This document shows, in pieces, positions 24,811 to 36,537 of a DNA stretch of 64,000 nucleotides. The first letter of the stretch is position 1. Each line of letters starts with the position of its first letter. Source of the DNA: Octopus vulgaris (taxonomy: Eukaryota); the NCBI GenBank assembly GCA_951406725.2, contig OX597817.1, positions 136,958,001-137,022,000 of the forward strand. Reading direction: 5' to 3'. Position numbers and translations under genes: made by a program. The notes under the pieces are model-generated. The model saw only the letters and a program-made list of their open reading frames with translations. It was not told where the DNA came from and ran no database searches.

Positions 24811-27800
24811 TCATTGGATTATGGTCAAGGTGGCTTCGTCATTCATACGTGCCATTCTTGCTACATTCATCCATCTTTTTTTAAAACATTCGCTAGACAA
24901 AACTTGCCTCTCTACTCTCACTTTCCTTTTCAAGTGATACTTGAAGAAGTTGATGAGAGATTGACCAGAGAGAAAAGTGTTTGTCTCCAATCCTTTCAGA
25001 CGCGTCCACCAGATATATTCTTTCGCCATAGCCACAAGGATGATGAAAATAGCTCTTCCTCCCCGTTTGAGGGAAGGAGGCGTGACAATATTGACTCAGC
25101 TGATAAACCGACTCGTCCCACACGCGACAGCAGTTGTTCGACATAAGCCCACAGGTTGGAAATTGTTGGAGACTGCACGAGTGCGTGCAGAACGGTTCCG
25201 TCGCTCTGACCGCATCTCGGGCAGGTCAGCCCCGTGTTTCTTGAGCCGTGTCTGTAGAGCTTATCCCGAACGGTTAGCGCTTCTCGGTAGCACTGCAGGC
25301 CAGGGATCTCTGGAAGTTGTCCATGGGCCTTGGCCCGAAAGTCGTCCCGAACAGGCGGGTCAGGTATTCCTCGTCGACGTCCAGGTTCGCCCCGAGCTCG
25401 TCGTCGTACCTCCCCTCCACTAATCCCCTATAGATTGCTTGGGTTGTGATGGAGTCACTCAAGGTCGATCCGGGACGGCAGAATTGCTTGAGAGCAACGC
25501 GACACTCGCGGTGCCACCGCCCTTCCTCGGCCTCTTTTTTTTATCCACGACTGCAGTTCGGTCATGGAGACGAGCTGCGGGAAAGCGTGCCTCACAAACG
25601 GCGACCACACCTGTTCACCGTCGTCTACGAAGAGCCTGAGATGTAGCAGTCTCAGTGCGTGTCTGCGCATCATCAACCACGGCATGCCCAGTCCTTCTTT
25701 TAACGGGTGTTGACAGCAAATGGATCGCCTGACCATCGGGACGCATCCTTTCCTCAAGAAGCGAAAGAGAATGCGTTCTAGTTTGGTGATGGTAGGGACG
25801 GGACAAGGCACGTCGGTCAGGCAGTAGTAGATGACGGACGCGATGTACGTGTTCGCCACCTCGGCCCGACCTTTTGGGGACAGTTTCCTCTCGGCCCATT
25901 TCCGGGCGAGAGCGACCACCCTTCTCGTTATCTCGTTCCAGTTCTTCTCCATTTGGAGGTCCGCGAGCAACTCGACCGGACCGTCGGTCCAGCGTCCCAC
26001 GACGGAGGCGCTGGTGGACGGCATGGGCTTGCTTCTCCAAGTGCCTAGTCGCAAGCCCACTGACTTTTCCCGGTTGATTTTCGCTCCTGTCACCGCTTCG
26101 TAGTATTTCAGTGTCTCGCCGACCAGCTCGATATGCTCGTGGCTAGACACTATGATGGTGACGACGTCCGCGTATGCAGACACGCTCGTCCCGCATTCCA
26201 GTTCTCGCGGGATGCCCCTCAGAGTTGCCAGCTTCCACAATAATGGCTCGAGAGTCAATACGTATAGAAGCGACGAGAGGGGGCATCCCTGACGGACCGA
26301 ACGTGCGATGTCGAAAGGTCTCGATAGAAGTCCATTTACACGAATTACCGAACGGATGCCTCTGTACAAAGCGGCTATACAGCCGCGGAAGACGGGACCG
26401 AAGCCAGCCGCTCTGAGGACAGCCTCCAAGTATCGATGGTCTACCCTATCGAAAGCTTTCGATTGATCCAAATTGATCAGCGCCCCACCCATGCCAGGTG
26501 CGTTAACTACCCTGTCTATGATGTAGCGCATCAGGTGGAGGTTGTCATAGATGGTCCGGCCCGGCACGGCGCATGTTTGCGCCTTGTCGATCAGTTTCTC
26601 GATGACAAGCGCCAACCTCTTGGCTAACACCTTGGCCAAAATTTTCAAGTCTGCATTAAGCAGAGTGATGGGCCTAAAGTTATCTATTATATTTCCCTTG
26701 TTTAGATCTTTCTTCGGCAGTGTTACGGCTCCTCGGCTCACAAAACCAGGAATGCTCCCGTTTTGCTGCCAGTTGCAGTACACCGCTGTCAAGACGTCTC
26801 CAAACAAGTCTGGCATACAACTGTAAAGCTCGTAGGGTAGACCATCCAAACCCGGCGATTTGTCCCTCGAGCATTCTGCCATCGCGTCCTGCACTTCCAC
26901 CGCCGTGATGGCACCTTCGCAGCGCCCTGCCTCTCTTGTTGAGAGTCGTGGTAGGCTGTGTAGGTAGGCACTGAAGTCCACCCTACGTTCTTGCCCGCCA
27001 CTCGTCCCGAACAGTCGGGCAAAATGCTGTTGAAAGGCCTCACACATTTTACTTGGCTCGAGCAATTCGCGCCCCTGTTCACATATCAGAGACCGAATGG
27101 TGGCTTTGTTGCCCTATTGCGCCTCTGCCACCCGGGCCTCTCTCGCGGCTCCCACACCTTCGTTCCTTAGAGCACGCATCCAAGCTCTGACAGCACACCC
27201 TTCGTGTTTGGCGTTGAAGTGTTGGTCGAGGGCCAACCTCGCCGCCAAAACGTCGGATGCGATGCCGCTTCTAATTGCCTCTTCTAGCTTCTTAACTAGC
27301 TCACCCTCTATTTCTATCTATGGCTAGTGCTTTGTTGTACCTAATTGCTTCTGCTTTTACTGCTCTCTTGAGGGCAAACCACCATTTGTTGTTGATGATG
27401 GCTCCCGTCAAAGCCCTCTTTACTAGTGTGCTAATCCGGTCTCTGAAAACCTGTCTCGATGGGAAAGACGCGTTTAGTTTCCAGTATCCGGGACCCTGCC
27501 TAAGTGTCTTACCTAAGTCTAGCGTACATGTCACAAGTTTGTGATCCGTGTAGCTGACTATGTGGAATTGTGGACATTCTATGCTATCTCTATCTACTGT
27601 CCTACACAGTGTCCTATCTAGATACGATCTCGACGACCCGATGCGGTTGGTCCACGTCCACGTTGGCGCATTCGAGTGGTCTAGTCGGAACCTATTAGAC
27701 ACTTGAAAGCGTCTGAGCAGGTCTCTGAGGCATTTGCATCCCCGTCTATTCCTATCTCTGCCCACGTAGTCTACATGCGTGTCCAAGGTAGCATTCCAAT

Positions 27801-28222
27801 CCCCCACTAAGAGTAAAGGACGAGACGTTCCCAACAATACTTCTAGACGTTGAAAGAAATCCGCCCGAGATGTTAAGGGCGGTGCGTAAACTGATACGAG
27901 TCGAAAAGCGCACCCATTGCTGCCGTCGACATCCAGAACGACCAGTCTACCCTCCGAGTCTATGAATATTGTCTTTACTTTGAGATCCAGACTCTCGCGA
28001 AAAAGTACCGCGGTGCCACGACCGCCCATTCTTGGCAGACAGGGGGGGAAAACAAATGCTGTGCTGTCCGCCAAACATGGTCTTTAGGGCCCGCGGATTG
28101 TGGAGTCTGGTCTCACTTATGGCTATGATTTCTAACTTGTGTGACTTTATGTCATTTAAGAGGTACCCTTGTTTCCAAGGGGTCCCCAAGCCACGCACAT
28201 TTACACAACCAATCTTGATCAT
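24811..28222 (-). pseudogene. Tx1-like ORF2 (AP endonuclease plus reverse transcriptase), frameshifted
   Basis: MIKIGCVNVRGL, GDWNA, SYLDR, YTDH and WKLN; KSPGLDGL, FRPITLLN, LDQSKAFDRVDH, RQGCPLS; YADV in place of YADD. Confidence 0.93.
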
Positions 28223-28266
28223 AATCCTAATGAATTAGAATACAAGTGAAAGGAACAGAGGGTTAC

Positions 28267-30166
28267 TTACTGCTCGAAAGTTTTTGCTTTCTCCTCCCTT
28301 GGTTTGTCCTCGAGGAGAACCCAGTACAGTTTCTTTGTGAGATATTTTTGGCATTTACCAACCGCACTGGGGAAAATGCCTTTGAGTGTGTGGTGCAGAC
28401 TTTTGGAGATGTGTAATATTTTGATGTGGTCTGGTGGTGTTGTGTATGGGTGATTGTTTGTTTTTATGTCATCTTCTGTTATGTTTGTTTTTGATTTGAT
28501 GTATTCCATCAAATTTGTGTTTTTGGTGTCTATAGCTGTGAGCATGTTTGCTGTATATATTTTTGTGGTGTTGGTGTGGCTGTTGTTTGTGTTGGGTTTT
28601 GAAATGTCTTCGGGAGATGTATTTCCCCCTGTTTTGTTTGTGTTTCTGCTCTTTATTTTCCTTCCTTTTCTAGCTATTTGCCATTCCTCACTGGTTTCGT
28701 CTTCCGACGAATTTTCTGAGAAATCAGAAGGGGGTAGGGGTATGTTGTAGGCTTCTATGTATGTCTGTGTAAGTGGTTGTGTTGCTGTTTTCGTTGCTGT
28801 TGGTTGTTGAGTGTTTGTGTGTGGTGAGTGCGGTATAAGGGATGGGGAATCAGTTTTTGTATATTTTCTTTGTTTTTCTGTTCCTTTGGTTCTTGCTGTT
28901 GTTGGTGGTGTTGGTAGTTTCTCAGGTGTTGAATAATTTTTAGTTGTTGATGGATTAGCTTGGTGTGTTTCTCTTGTCGTCTTCTGTGTTGATGGTGGTG
29001 TGGGTAGTAGAGCTTTTTTCTCGGAGTGTTGTGGTTGTTGCTCTTGTTGTGCAGTGGTTGGGCACTTCTTTTTCAAGTGTGTTTCGCTTCCACACAAATA
29101 GCAACGTTGTCGCCTGCCCTCTACCACTACATAGGGTTTGTAGCCTTCTGGCAGTTCTATAGTGGTGGGTATCTTTTCTCTTGTTGTTTCATCCAATTGA
29201 AGGAGGAATTGGATTGATTTTCCCACCCAGTTTTTCTGTCCTAGAACAGCGATTTCAAGAATGTTTGTCTCTGCCATTTCAAAGCAGATGGCAGAGACTA
29301 ACCATTGTATTTCGACTTCAGGTGGTATATTTTTTATTTAGATTTTCGTTACCCTCTGGCCTAAATAGATTGGTATCATTATCAAGTCGTCTGATTGCAG
29401 CTCCAATGTGGAAAATCGTTTTGCTAAATTTTCGTTGAGGAAACGTACTTGGACTGTGCCAAATTTATTTCTCCAACTGATATACTCCGTTGAGTCCCAT
29501 GCAGGACGAAGGCATTTTTCAATTTTTTCCTGCGGTGCATTTTCTGGTCGTCTTGTTTTCTTGTTGATGACTTTGTAGATTATTGTTTTTTTTGTGTGTT
29601 TTCCACGATGTGTTGTGGAATGTGAAGATGCAATTTATCTCCTTCTTTGGTGAAGAGTGCTTTTGTGAGGTTTGTTTCCTGTGTGGTGAATTTTACGATT
29701 GTTCGATTTTGTTTTGTCGCGTCCGCGAAATTCGTTTTAATTTTAGCAGTGTTAGTAGCAAAGGAGTTAGTTGTAGCAGTTGAAGTCGTGGTAGTGGTGT
29801 TGGTGTTGGTGGTGTTGTCTTCGGTAGGCGGCTTTGTGCTGATTTCGTTGTTGTTGTTGTTGGTAGTGATGGTAGTGGTGCTGGCATTCATGTTTGCGTC
29901 TGTATTCGTTTTTGAAATCCCTTTCTCCGTCCTTTTTTCATCGACAAGTGGTGTAGGGAGTGGTGGAAGTCTAAGTTAATGTCGTTGGTCGCGGCGATGG
30001 TGAATGGTCTTGTGACGTTAGTTTTGTTGTTGTTGTTGTTGTTGGTGGTGGTGGTGACAGCGGTGTTCAAGCTGCGAGGTTTAGCAGCTAGTGGTAGCAA
30101 TAGTGTTTCGCTACCGTTCCGCATGACTGGCGGGCTAGCCACGTGGTTTCTAGTTGCCATTTTCAA
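28267..30166 (-). pseudogene. Tx1-like ORF1 (gag-like nucleic-acid-binding protein), frameshifted
   Basis: CYLCGSETHLKKKC = CX2CX4HX4C knuckle. Thr/Asn/Pro-rich ORF pieces lie directly upstream of ORF2. Confidence 0.85.
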
Positions 30167-30430
30167 AATGAAAAATGGCTAAAAGGAACCCACGAAAGTT
30201 TTGAAGATTTTTGGTAATTTCGCCCATACAGGGGCGGAATTCTACGTGAATAATTCTCAGGTTTTTAGTGAATGATCTTGCACAACGATTAAAACAAAAT
30301 ATTTGACAACAAGGAGTTTTAAACATGTAAAAGTGGCCAACTTACGTGGAGCCCATTTGACTAGCGTCCGTCCATGTCGGGGATGATAGATAGATAGATA
30401 GATATGTAGGTAGATAGATATGTAGGTAGG

Positions 30431-30497
<67 letters not shown>

Positions 30498-30682
30498 GTT
30501 TCTTTATTGGCCACACAGGGCTGCACACAGATGGGACAAGTTACAAGGTAGAGCTTTTCTTTTGGGGGATGAAAAAACAAAAAACAAAACAAACAAAAAA
30601 AGGTGGCGTAGGTTTTCGATCAAAAGGGGAAAAAGAAAAAAAAGGAAAAGGAACAAAAGAAAAGAAAAGTGAAAAAAGAAGA

Positions 30683-30684
<2 letters not shown>
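30498..30684 (-). mobile_element. 5'-truncated 3' end of the same Tx1-like LINE family
   Basis: 'gtttctttattggccacacagg..ggcgtaggttttcgatcaaaaggg' matches 24478-24590. Pure (GATA)n on both sides. Confidence 0.9.
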
Positions 30685-30754
<70 letters not shown>

Positions 30755-30811
30755 GGAAAATAGGACAAGGTAGAAAATGCTAAAATAATTTTATCATGAA
30801 GAACATTTTAA

Positions 30812-30841
30812 TACCGGTTTCAGTCTTTGCGACTTTTTCAA
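30812..30841 (-). ncRNA. Minimal Penelope-type hammerhead-like motif (U3:A8 variant)
   Basis: UUGAAAA-AGUC-gcaaa-GACU-GAAA-CCGG-UA; stem I pairs poorly. Confidence 0.45.
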
Positions 30842-31039
30842 CTTAGAGTAAAACATGAAAAACAAATTGTGGAAAAATCAAATGAAATGTTTTTTTAAAA
30901 ATTATTTCCATAGTTTTCTAATAGAAAAAAGGAAAATGTCCCTCCTATCTCTCTCCCTTACTTTTGTGAAAGCTCGGTAGGTAGGTGGTAGCAGATCTGA
31001 AGAAATATTTAGTATATATATATCATGGTGATGATGATC

Positions 31040-31170
31040 ATCAATTAACGTCCGTTTTCCATGCTGGCATGAGTTGAACGGTTTGCCTGAAAACTAGTGA
31101 GCAGCACCAGACTCCAGTCTGATCTGGCATGGTTTCTACGGGTGGATGCCCTTCCTAACGCCAACCACCG
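31040..31170 (-). mobile_element. RTE-tail repeat fragment
   Basis: 'aacgtccgttttccatgctggcatg..ggatgcccttcctaacgccaacc'. Confidence 0.7.
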
Positions 31171-31179
31171 CGTAGCAAC

Positions 31180-31301
31180 TTGTCAGACTCAAATGACGGG
31201 AGGCACATAATCTCTCTAAAACTGGAGAGAGAGGAAAACGTCATGATTCTTCCCCCCAGTTGTAGAGAGATTCTGTGCCCCCGGCCCTTTGAGCCTGACA
31301 A
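31180..31301. repeat. Small imperfect foldback (MITE-like), ~46-bp arms
   Basis: 'ttgtcagactcaaa..ggcacataatctctctaaaactgg' versus 'ccagttgtagagagattctgtgcc..tttgagcctgacaa'. Confidence 0.7.
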
Positions 31302-31809
31302 ATCGCCTATATAGCTAAACGCTTTATGGGTGCGAAAGCAATGGTCTCTCTCTGACCGGTCATTACAAGCAGCCTTCTAAATATAAAACTGCTCTCTTCC
31401 AGAGTGGGCTTCTTTTTCGGACATAAGAACTATTGACCGATTCTGTGGCATCTCTTTAATGGCACAAGTCATTTAAACGGTAAATAACGGATCCTGAAAG
31501 ACAGCCTCTGAGCAATAGTTCGATCTACTTGAAATAGCCGTGAAATATCCTTCTACTTTATATACGGAGGAGACATAAGCTGATGTGCTTCTAGTAACAT
31601 TTTATCTGGAAATTAGAACAGCGACGGGGTGTCTTTGACCAGCGTTATATCTTATTAAACTGACCTGGAATCAGACTGTTTTACTAATGGTCAATTTACA
31701 TTTACTCTTGGTGGGTCTTTTGAGTTGAGGGACTTCACGAAGCCAAAATTTGAACACAGAAATTTGCGGCACCTCTGCACCAGATATTTTTTATCGTTTT
31801 TTTTAAAAC

Positions 31810-32190
31810 TCGTTTCAGTCATTAGACCGCGGCCATTCTGGGGCACCACCTTGAAGAATTTGCGTTAAATGAATCGTCTCCAATATGCATGTTTTGCAAA
31901 GCCTGGTACTTATTCTATCGGTCTCTATTGTGGAATCGTTAAGATACGGGGACGTAAACACACCAGCACCGGTTGTCACTAGTGTGTGTGTGTGTATGGG
32001 GGGGGGGGGAACACATAGACAAAGACACACACGACGGGGCTTCTTTTAGTTTCCGTCTACCAGATCCACTCATGGCTTCGTTCAATCCGAGGCTATAGTA
32101 AGAGACACTTGACCAAGGTACTAGGCAGTAGAACTGAACCCGGAACTATGTGGCTGGAAGGCAAGCTTCTTACCACACAGCCATGCCCAT
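31810..32190 (-). mobile_element. Full-length tRNA-derived SINE with internal (CA)n and LINE-like tail
   Basis: tRNA-like head 'ggcatggctgtgtggtaagaagc..gggttcagttc' and tail 'ggtgccccagaatggccgcgg..gactgaaac'. A partial homolog lies at 61675-61895. Confidence 0.8.
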
Positions 32191-32943
32191 CACTATTTAT
32201 GGGATTGTTAAAAACGGAGAAGTGTTGGCGTGTCTACCACTATTTAGTTTCATCCACCTGTGTTCTGAGTTCGGATCCCATTCGGGTAGAATCTATTAAC
32301 AAACTCATGGCCGTTATTAATTAAGGGGGTGATCGTTATTTTGACATTAATGTTACTTTATTTTATCGACAGCAGGATTTGAACTCTTAACGAAAAGAGC
32401 CGAAACTAGCACTGCAAGGCATTACTCTAACACCCTTACTATTCTAACATCGCCACCCGTTACATAAAAATGTTTCGATGCTTCGCTATGAACGTGAGGT
32501 TTTAGTGACTGTTTGGTAGTCATTAGTGTAAGGGAGACAACCACTTCTATCTTAAATGTATTTTGACTGAAAATATAATTTATCGTGGGAACATAGCGAA
32601 AATTTACCTCATAAAAAAACACTCCGTTCTTCACATATGTTAAGATAGTCTTTCAACCATATTTATTTGTCTATCTGTCTGTGTCCGTCTTCTTAACTGC
32701 CTACCCATCCATCCATCCATCCACCGATCCATCCATCCACCGACTTATTTACGATACATTACCGTTTCCGTATTGCATCGTTCTAAACCTTGATACACGA
32801 CAGACGAGTTGTTATTCAGCCCCAAACAAACCCCTAATGCCGTTCCAGCCGTTTGTAGAGGGGTTTAGCAATGCATTAACTAATGTGTCCTTCATTGTTT
32901 AAGACGGTAGAGTGTGATTTAAAGGAATCATGCCGTTATTTCT

Positions 32944-33357
32944 TATTTCTTTATTGCACTCAAGGGGCTAAACATAGAGGGGACAAACAAGGACAGACAA
33001 AGGGATTAAGTCGATTACATCCACTCCAGCGCGCAACTGGTACTTAATTTATCGACCCCGAAAGGATGAAAGGCAAAGTCGACCTCGGTGGAATTTGAAC
33101 TCAGAAAGTAGACAGACGAAATACCTATTTCTTTACTACCCACAAGGGGCTAAACACAGAGGGGACAAACAAGGACAGACAGACGGATTAAGTCGATTAT
33201 ATCGACCCCAGTGCATAATTGGTACTTAGTTTATCGACCCCGAAAGGATGAAAGGCAAAGTCGACCTCGGCGGAATTTGAACGCAGAACGTAACGGCAGA
33301 CGAAATACAACTAAGCATTTCGCCCGGTGTGCTAACGTTTCTGCCAGCTCGCCGCCT
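32944..33357 (-). mobile_element. Nin-like tRNA SINE (dimeric) with 49-bp flanking direct repeat
   Basis: SINE A/B boxes and core. 32895-32943 is repeated at 33358-33406. Confidence 0.88.
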
Positions 33358-34488
33358 TTGTTTAAGACGGTAGAGTGTGATTTAAAGGAATCGTACCGTT
33401 ATTTCTACCGGACCGTTTGCCTTATTGAAATGCCTGCGTGGGAGAACACTGATACTTCCAGTATTGCATTTCGAAACCCGGTGAATCCACCTGACAGTTG
33501 AGAGCAATTTAAAAAGAACGATAATGAACAAAACGCATAAAAATTTATGGAGGAAAGGAAGAAACTGAAACAAATCGATGAATTAGAATAGTTTGGGGAA
33601 AAAAAAAAACAAGAACAAAAGTTGATATGAGAAGAAATGTATATAGTAGTGGATTGTAGCAGTTACAATGGCTTTAATGGACTCTATTTAGAAAGATAAA
33701 GGTTGTGATAACATTCTTTAAAGAGAGCAAAGGTGGTTTTAACATCACTTAATGGGGGTGGAGTAAATGACGAAGACTTGAGATTGAAAAAAAAAGTGGT
33801 TTTATATGTTTCTTTTAAGGAAATTCACTTTCGTCCATGGTTTCGCTTTGCATTTCATATAATGAGACTATTTAGGAAAGAAAATGTTCGACAGACTGCG
33901 AATAAGGAAATTTTTTCCGAGCATTGAAAGACAGAAAAATGAAGAGATCATATAACCTATTTAACTGTCGTGAATATGGTCCTTCAAGTTCAATAGCCCG
34001 GATAAAAGATGTCAAGGAAGAAGAGTGTAACATAACGGAATAAACGAGGAGAAATATGGAAGAAAATATGTTTGAATGATAGCGGAAAACATGGAAGATA
34101 AATGTTGTGTCATTGGGTTATATACGGTCGAAAGTAATAGATTTTAAATAGATTAATTTTATCTCAATAAAATATAGCAAAGCCAAGTACACGGCGGAAA
34201 ACAACAGGAAAGCTATAGAACTGACATATTGTTCAGGTTTCAATACTAATATCACACTCTTGGTGGGTTTACTAGGGACAGTACGGCACTGAGGATTCTC
34301 AAAAAGTCTGAAATAATACTAATCGTGATTACCAAAACTACCAGAAAAAATAAATATACAAGGATTTTATTTTGTATTCCACAAAAATGCAAAACAAAAC
34401 GAAAGAATTAGAAGGTGTCCTTGTTTAGAGTTAAATATACAACATCTTCAGGTTTGTCTGATGACACACACACAAATATATATATATA

Positions 34489-35229
34489 TAGTGTAATAAA
34501 TAAAAAATATGCATACATACATACATACATATATGTACGTACCTACATCTACATGTATATATACATGCATATATAAATATATATACGTGAGTACAGGACA
34601 CCAATACATTTACGTAGAACTCAACGAGAAACGAAAACGTAAAAACAAACGTGGAAACGGACCTAAACGAAAAAAACAGAGTACAAGACAAACTACACAA
34701 GGAAAAATTCCCTTTATCAGCTGTCCCTAGTTCAACTCCAGCGTGTTTCGAAGGTGAGGACAGAATACGACTCGTGGAACTAATCCCTCCTGCGAAGGAA
34801 TTAAAGAAAATTACTTCGCAGAGGGGTAAAAACAAGGGAGGTTAAACATGTGACAAAAAAACGATACAAATAAAATTACAAAATAAAATACAAAATAAAA
34901 ATACAGAATAAAATTACAAGTACGAAAAATACAGTACAAGAAATAAGACAAACAAAAAAACAGACAATGAGGGCCTTAATGCTAGAGTTGAACTAGGGAC
35001 AGCTGATGAAGGGAATTTTTCCTTGTGTAGTTTGTCTTGTACTCTGTTTTTTTCGTTTAGGTCCGTTTCCACGTTTGTTTTTACGTTTTTGTTTCTCGTT
35101 GAGTTCTACGTCTTTTGTGGTGTCCTTTACTCACGTATATATGTTTTTTTATGCATGTATATATACATGTAGATGTAGGTACATACATATATATATGTAT
35201 GTATGCATATTTTTTATTTATTACACTAT
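34489..35229. repeat. ~250-bp inverted duplication with ~240-bp spacer (Penelope-type inverted end structure)
   Basis: 34489-34742 is the near reverse complement of 34981-35229. Confidence 0.9.
34708..34780 (-). ncRNA. Second candidate rearranged hammerhead (unrelated stems, decayed)
   Basis: CGUA-UU^CUGUCCU-ca-CCU-uc-GAAA-CACG...GGGACAG-CUGAUAA-AGG. The inverted duplicate retains CUGAUGA at 35003-35009. Confidence 0.6.
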
Positions 35230-35294
35230 TGTATGACTGAGCGCCCTCGCGTCGATTCGATTCATTTCGTTTCATCTCCTCCAAGTAAGTTTTG

Positions 35295-35354
<60 letters not shown>

Positions 35355-35478
35355 GTCCTGCTCGCTTACGTTCTTGGTGTGTTGAATTATTTCTTGAGAA
35401 CAATTCTTAGTGGTGGACTCCCTTTGCGGATCTATATCAAGCGTAAGAGCGTCCACATAGTGAATTCTCTCTTATAGT

Positions 35479-35532
<54 letters not shown>

Positions 35533-35550
35533 TGTATGTATGTATGTATG

Positions 35551-36470
35551 TCATTATTCAGTTTTATTTTAAGATTTCTTGCAAATAGAGAAAGAGTCGG
35601 ATTCTAGCCTAGATCCAAGACTCCTTCATTGGAATTTCAACACCAACGACAGTGTGTGTTTGTGTGTGTGTGTATGTATGTAATGTTTTGCTTTATGCAT
35701 TCTCGTGCAAATAGTTGCTTATCTAGACATGCCCATATATATTTGAATGATAACTTCTGAAAAGTTTTTCAGATTTTTACAGTCTCAGTGATGGATTGGA
35801 TCTGTAGTCTTCAAATCAGCTTTCTCCTTTCTGGTTTTGAGAAGCCTACTTTCTCAAGATTGGTCTTTAGGCAGTGTGTTACATATTCCAGTGCTCTAAT
35901 AATTACAGGTATAAACATGAACTTGTAATCTGAATAGAGTAACTGCAGATTTCTCAATAGTTCAGCATAGGTATTCTCCTTTCATTGATCTTTAACTTTA
36001 TGTTAACATCCGATGGGCAGCTAATTTCCACAACTGTGCACAATTTCTTTTCTCCAAATGAGGTCTATTGTGCTTACATTTTATTGAGGTCTTCACTGGA
36101 ACATTCCACCAGTATTCCTTTTTCTTATGAGTGGCTATGGCTTCTACCATACTGTGGGTTCTTATTTCTTTGTCCTCGGGATAATCCTTCCGGCGGACCT
36201 TATTATATAATGTCCTAGCTACAACATCATGTCCGATCAGTAGACAATACCATGATGACATTTTCGGACAACTGCTTGTGATGTGGGTGATACCTTTGGT
36301 GTTGACGCTACAAAGCCTGCATCGGTTGTCATGTTTTACTGCTTTTCCTGCATTTCTGTTCCCTTTGTACATCAAGTATTTGGTTGATATTTCTTGTTCC
36401 TGGATCGCAAACGCATACCCTTCGAAGTGGAAGTTAGTAATCCGGTTGTTGGTACATGATGGTCTGCTTT
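35551..36470 (-). mobile_element. 5'-truncated RLE-type (R4/NeSL/CRE-like) LINE
   Basis: FAIQEQEI, CRLC..HITSSC, GHDVVA, WWNVPV..HNRP. The 3' end 'aataaaactgaataatga' runs into (CATA)n. Confidence 0.8.
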
Positions 36471-36537
36471 GATGATGTATGTATGTATGTATGTATGCAC
36501 GTACACACAAATGTCCGTACAGACATGTTCATGTCTA

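Larger units (their letters stand above)
24477..30384 (-). mobile_element. Near full-length L1/Tx1-clade non-LTR retrotransposon (about 5.9 kb)
   Basis: 5' UTR, ORF1 with zinc knuckle, ORF2 APE-RT, and a U-rich 3' UTR ending 'gccaataaagaaac'. GATA/TA repeats on both sides. Confidence 0.92.
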
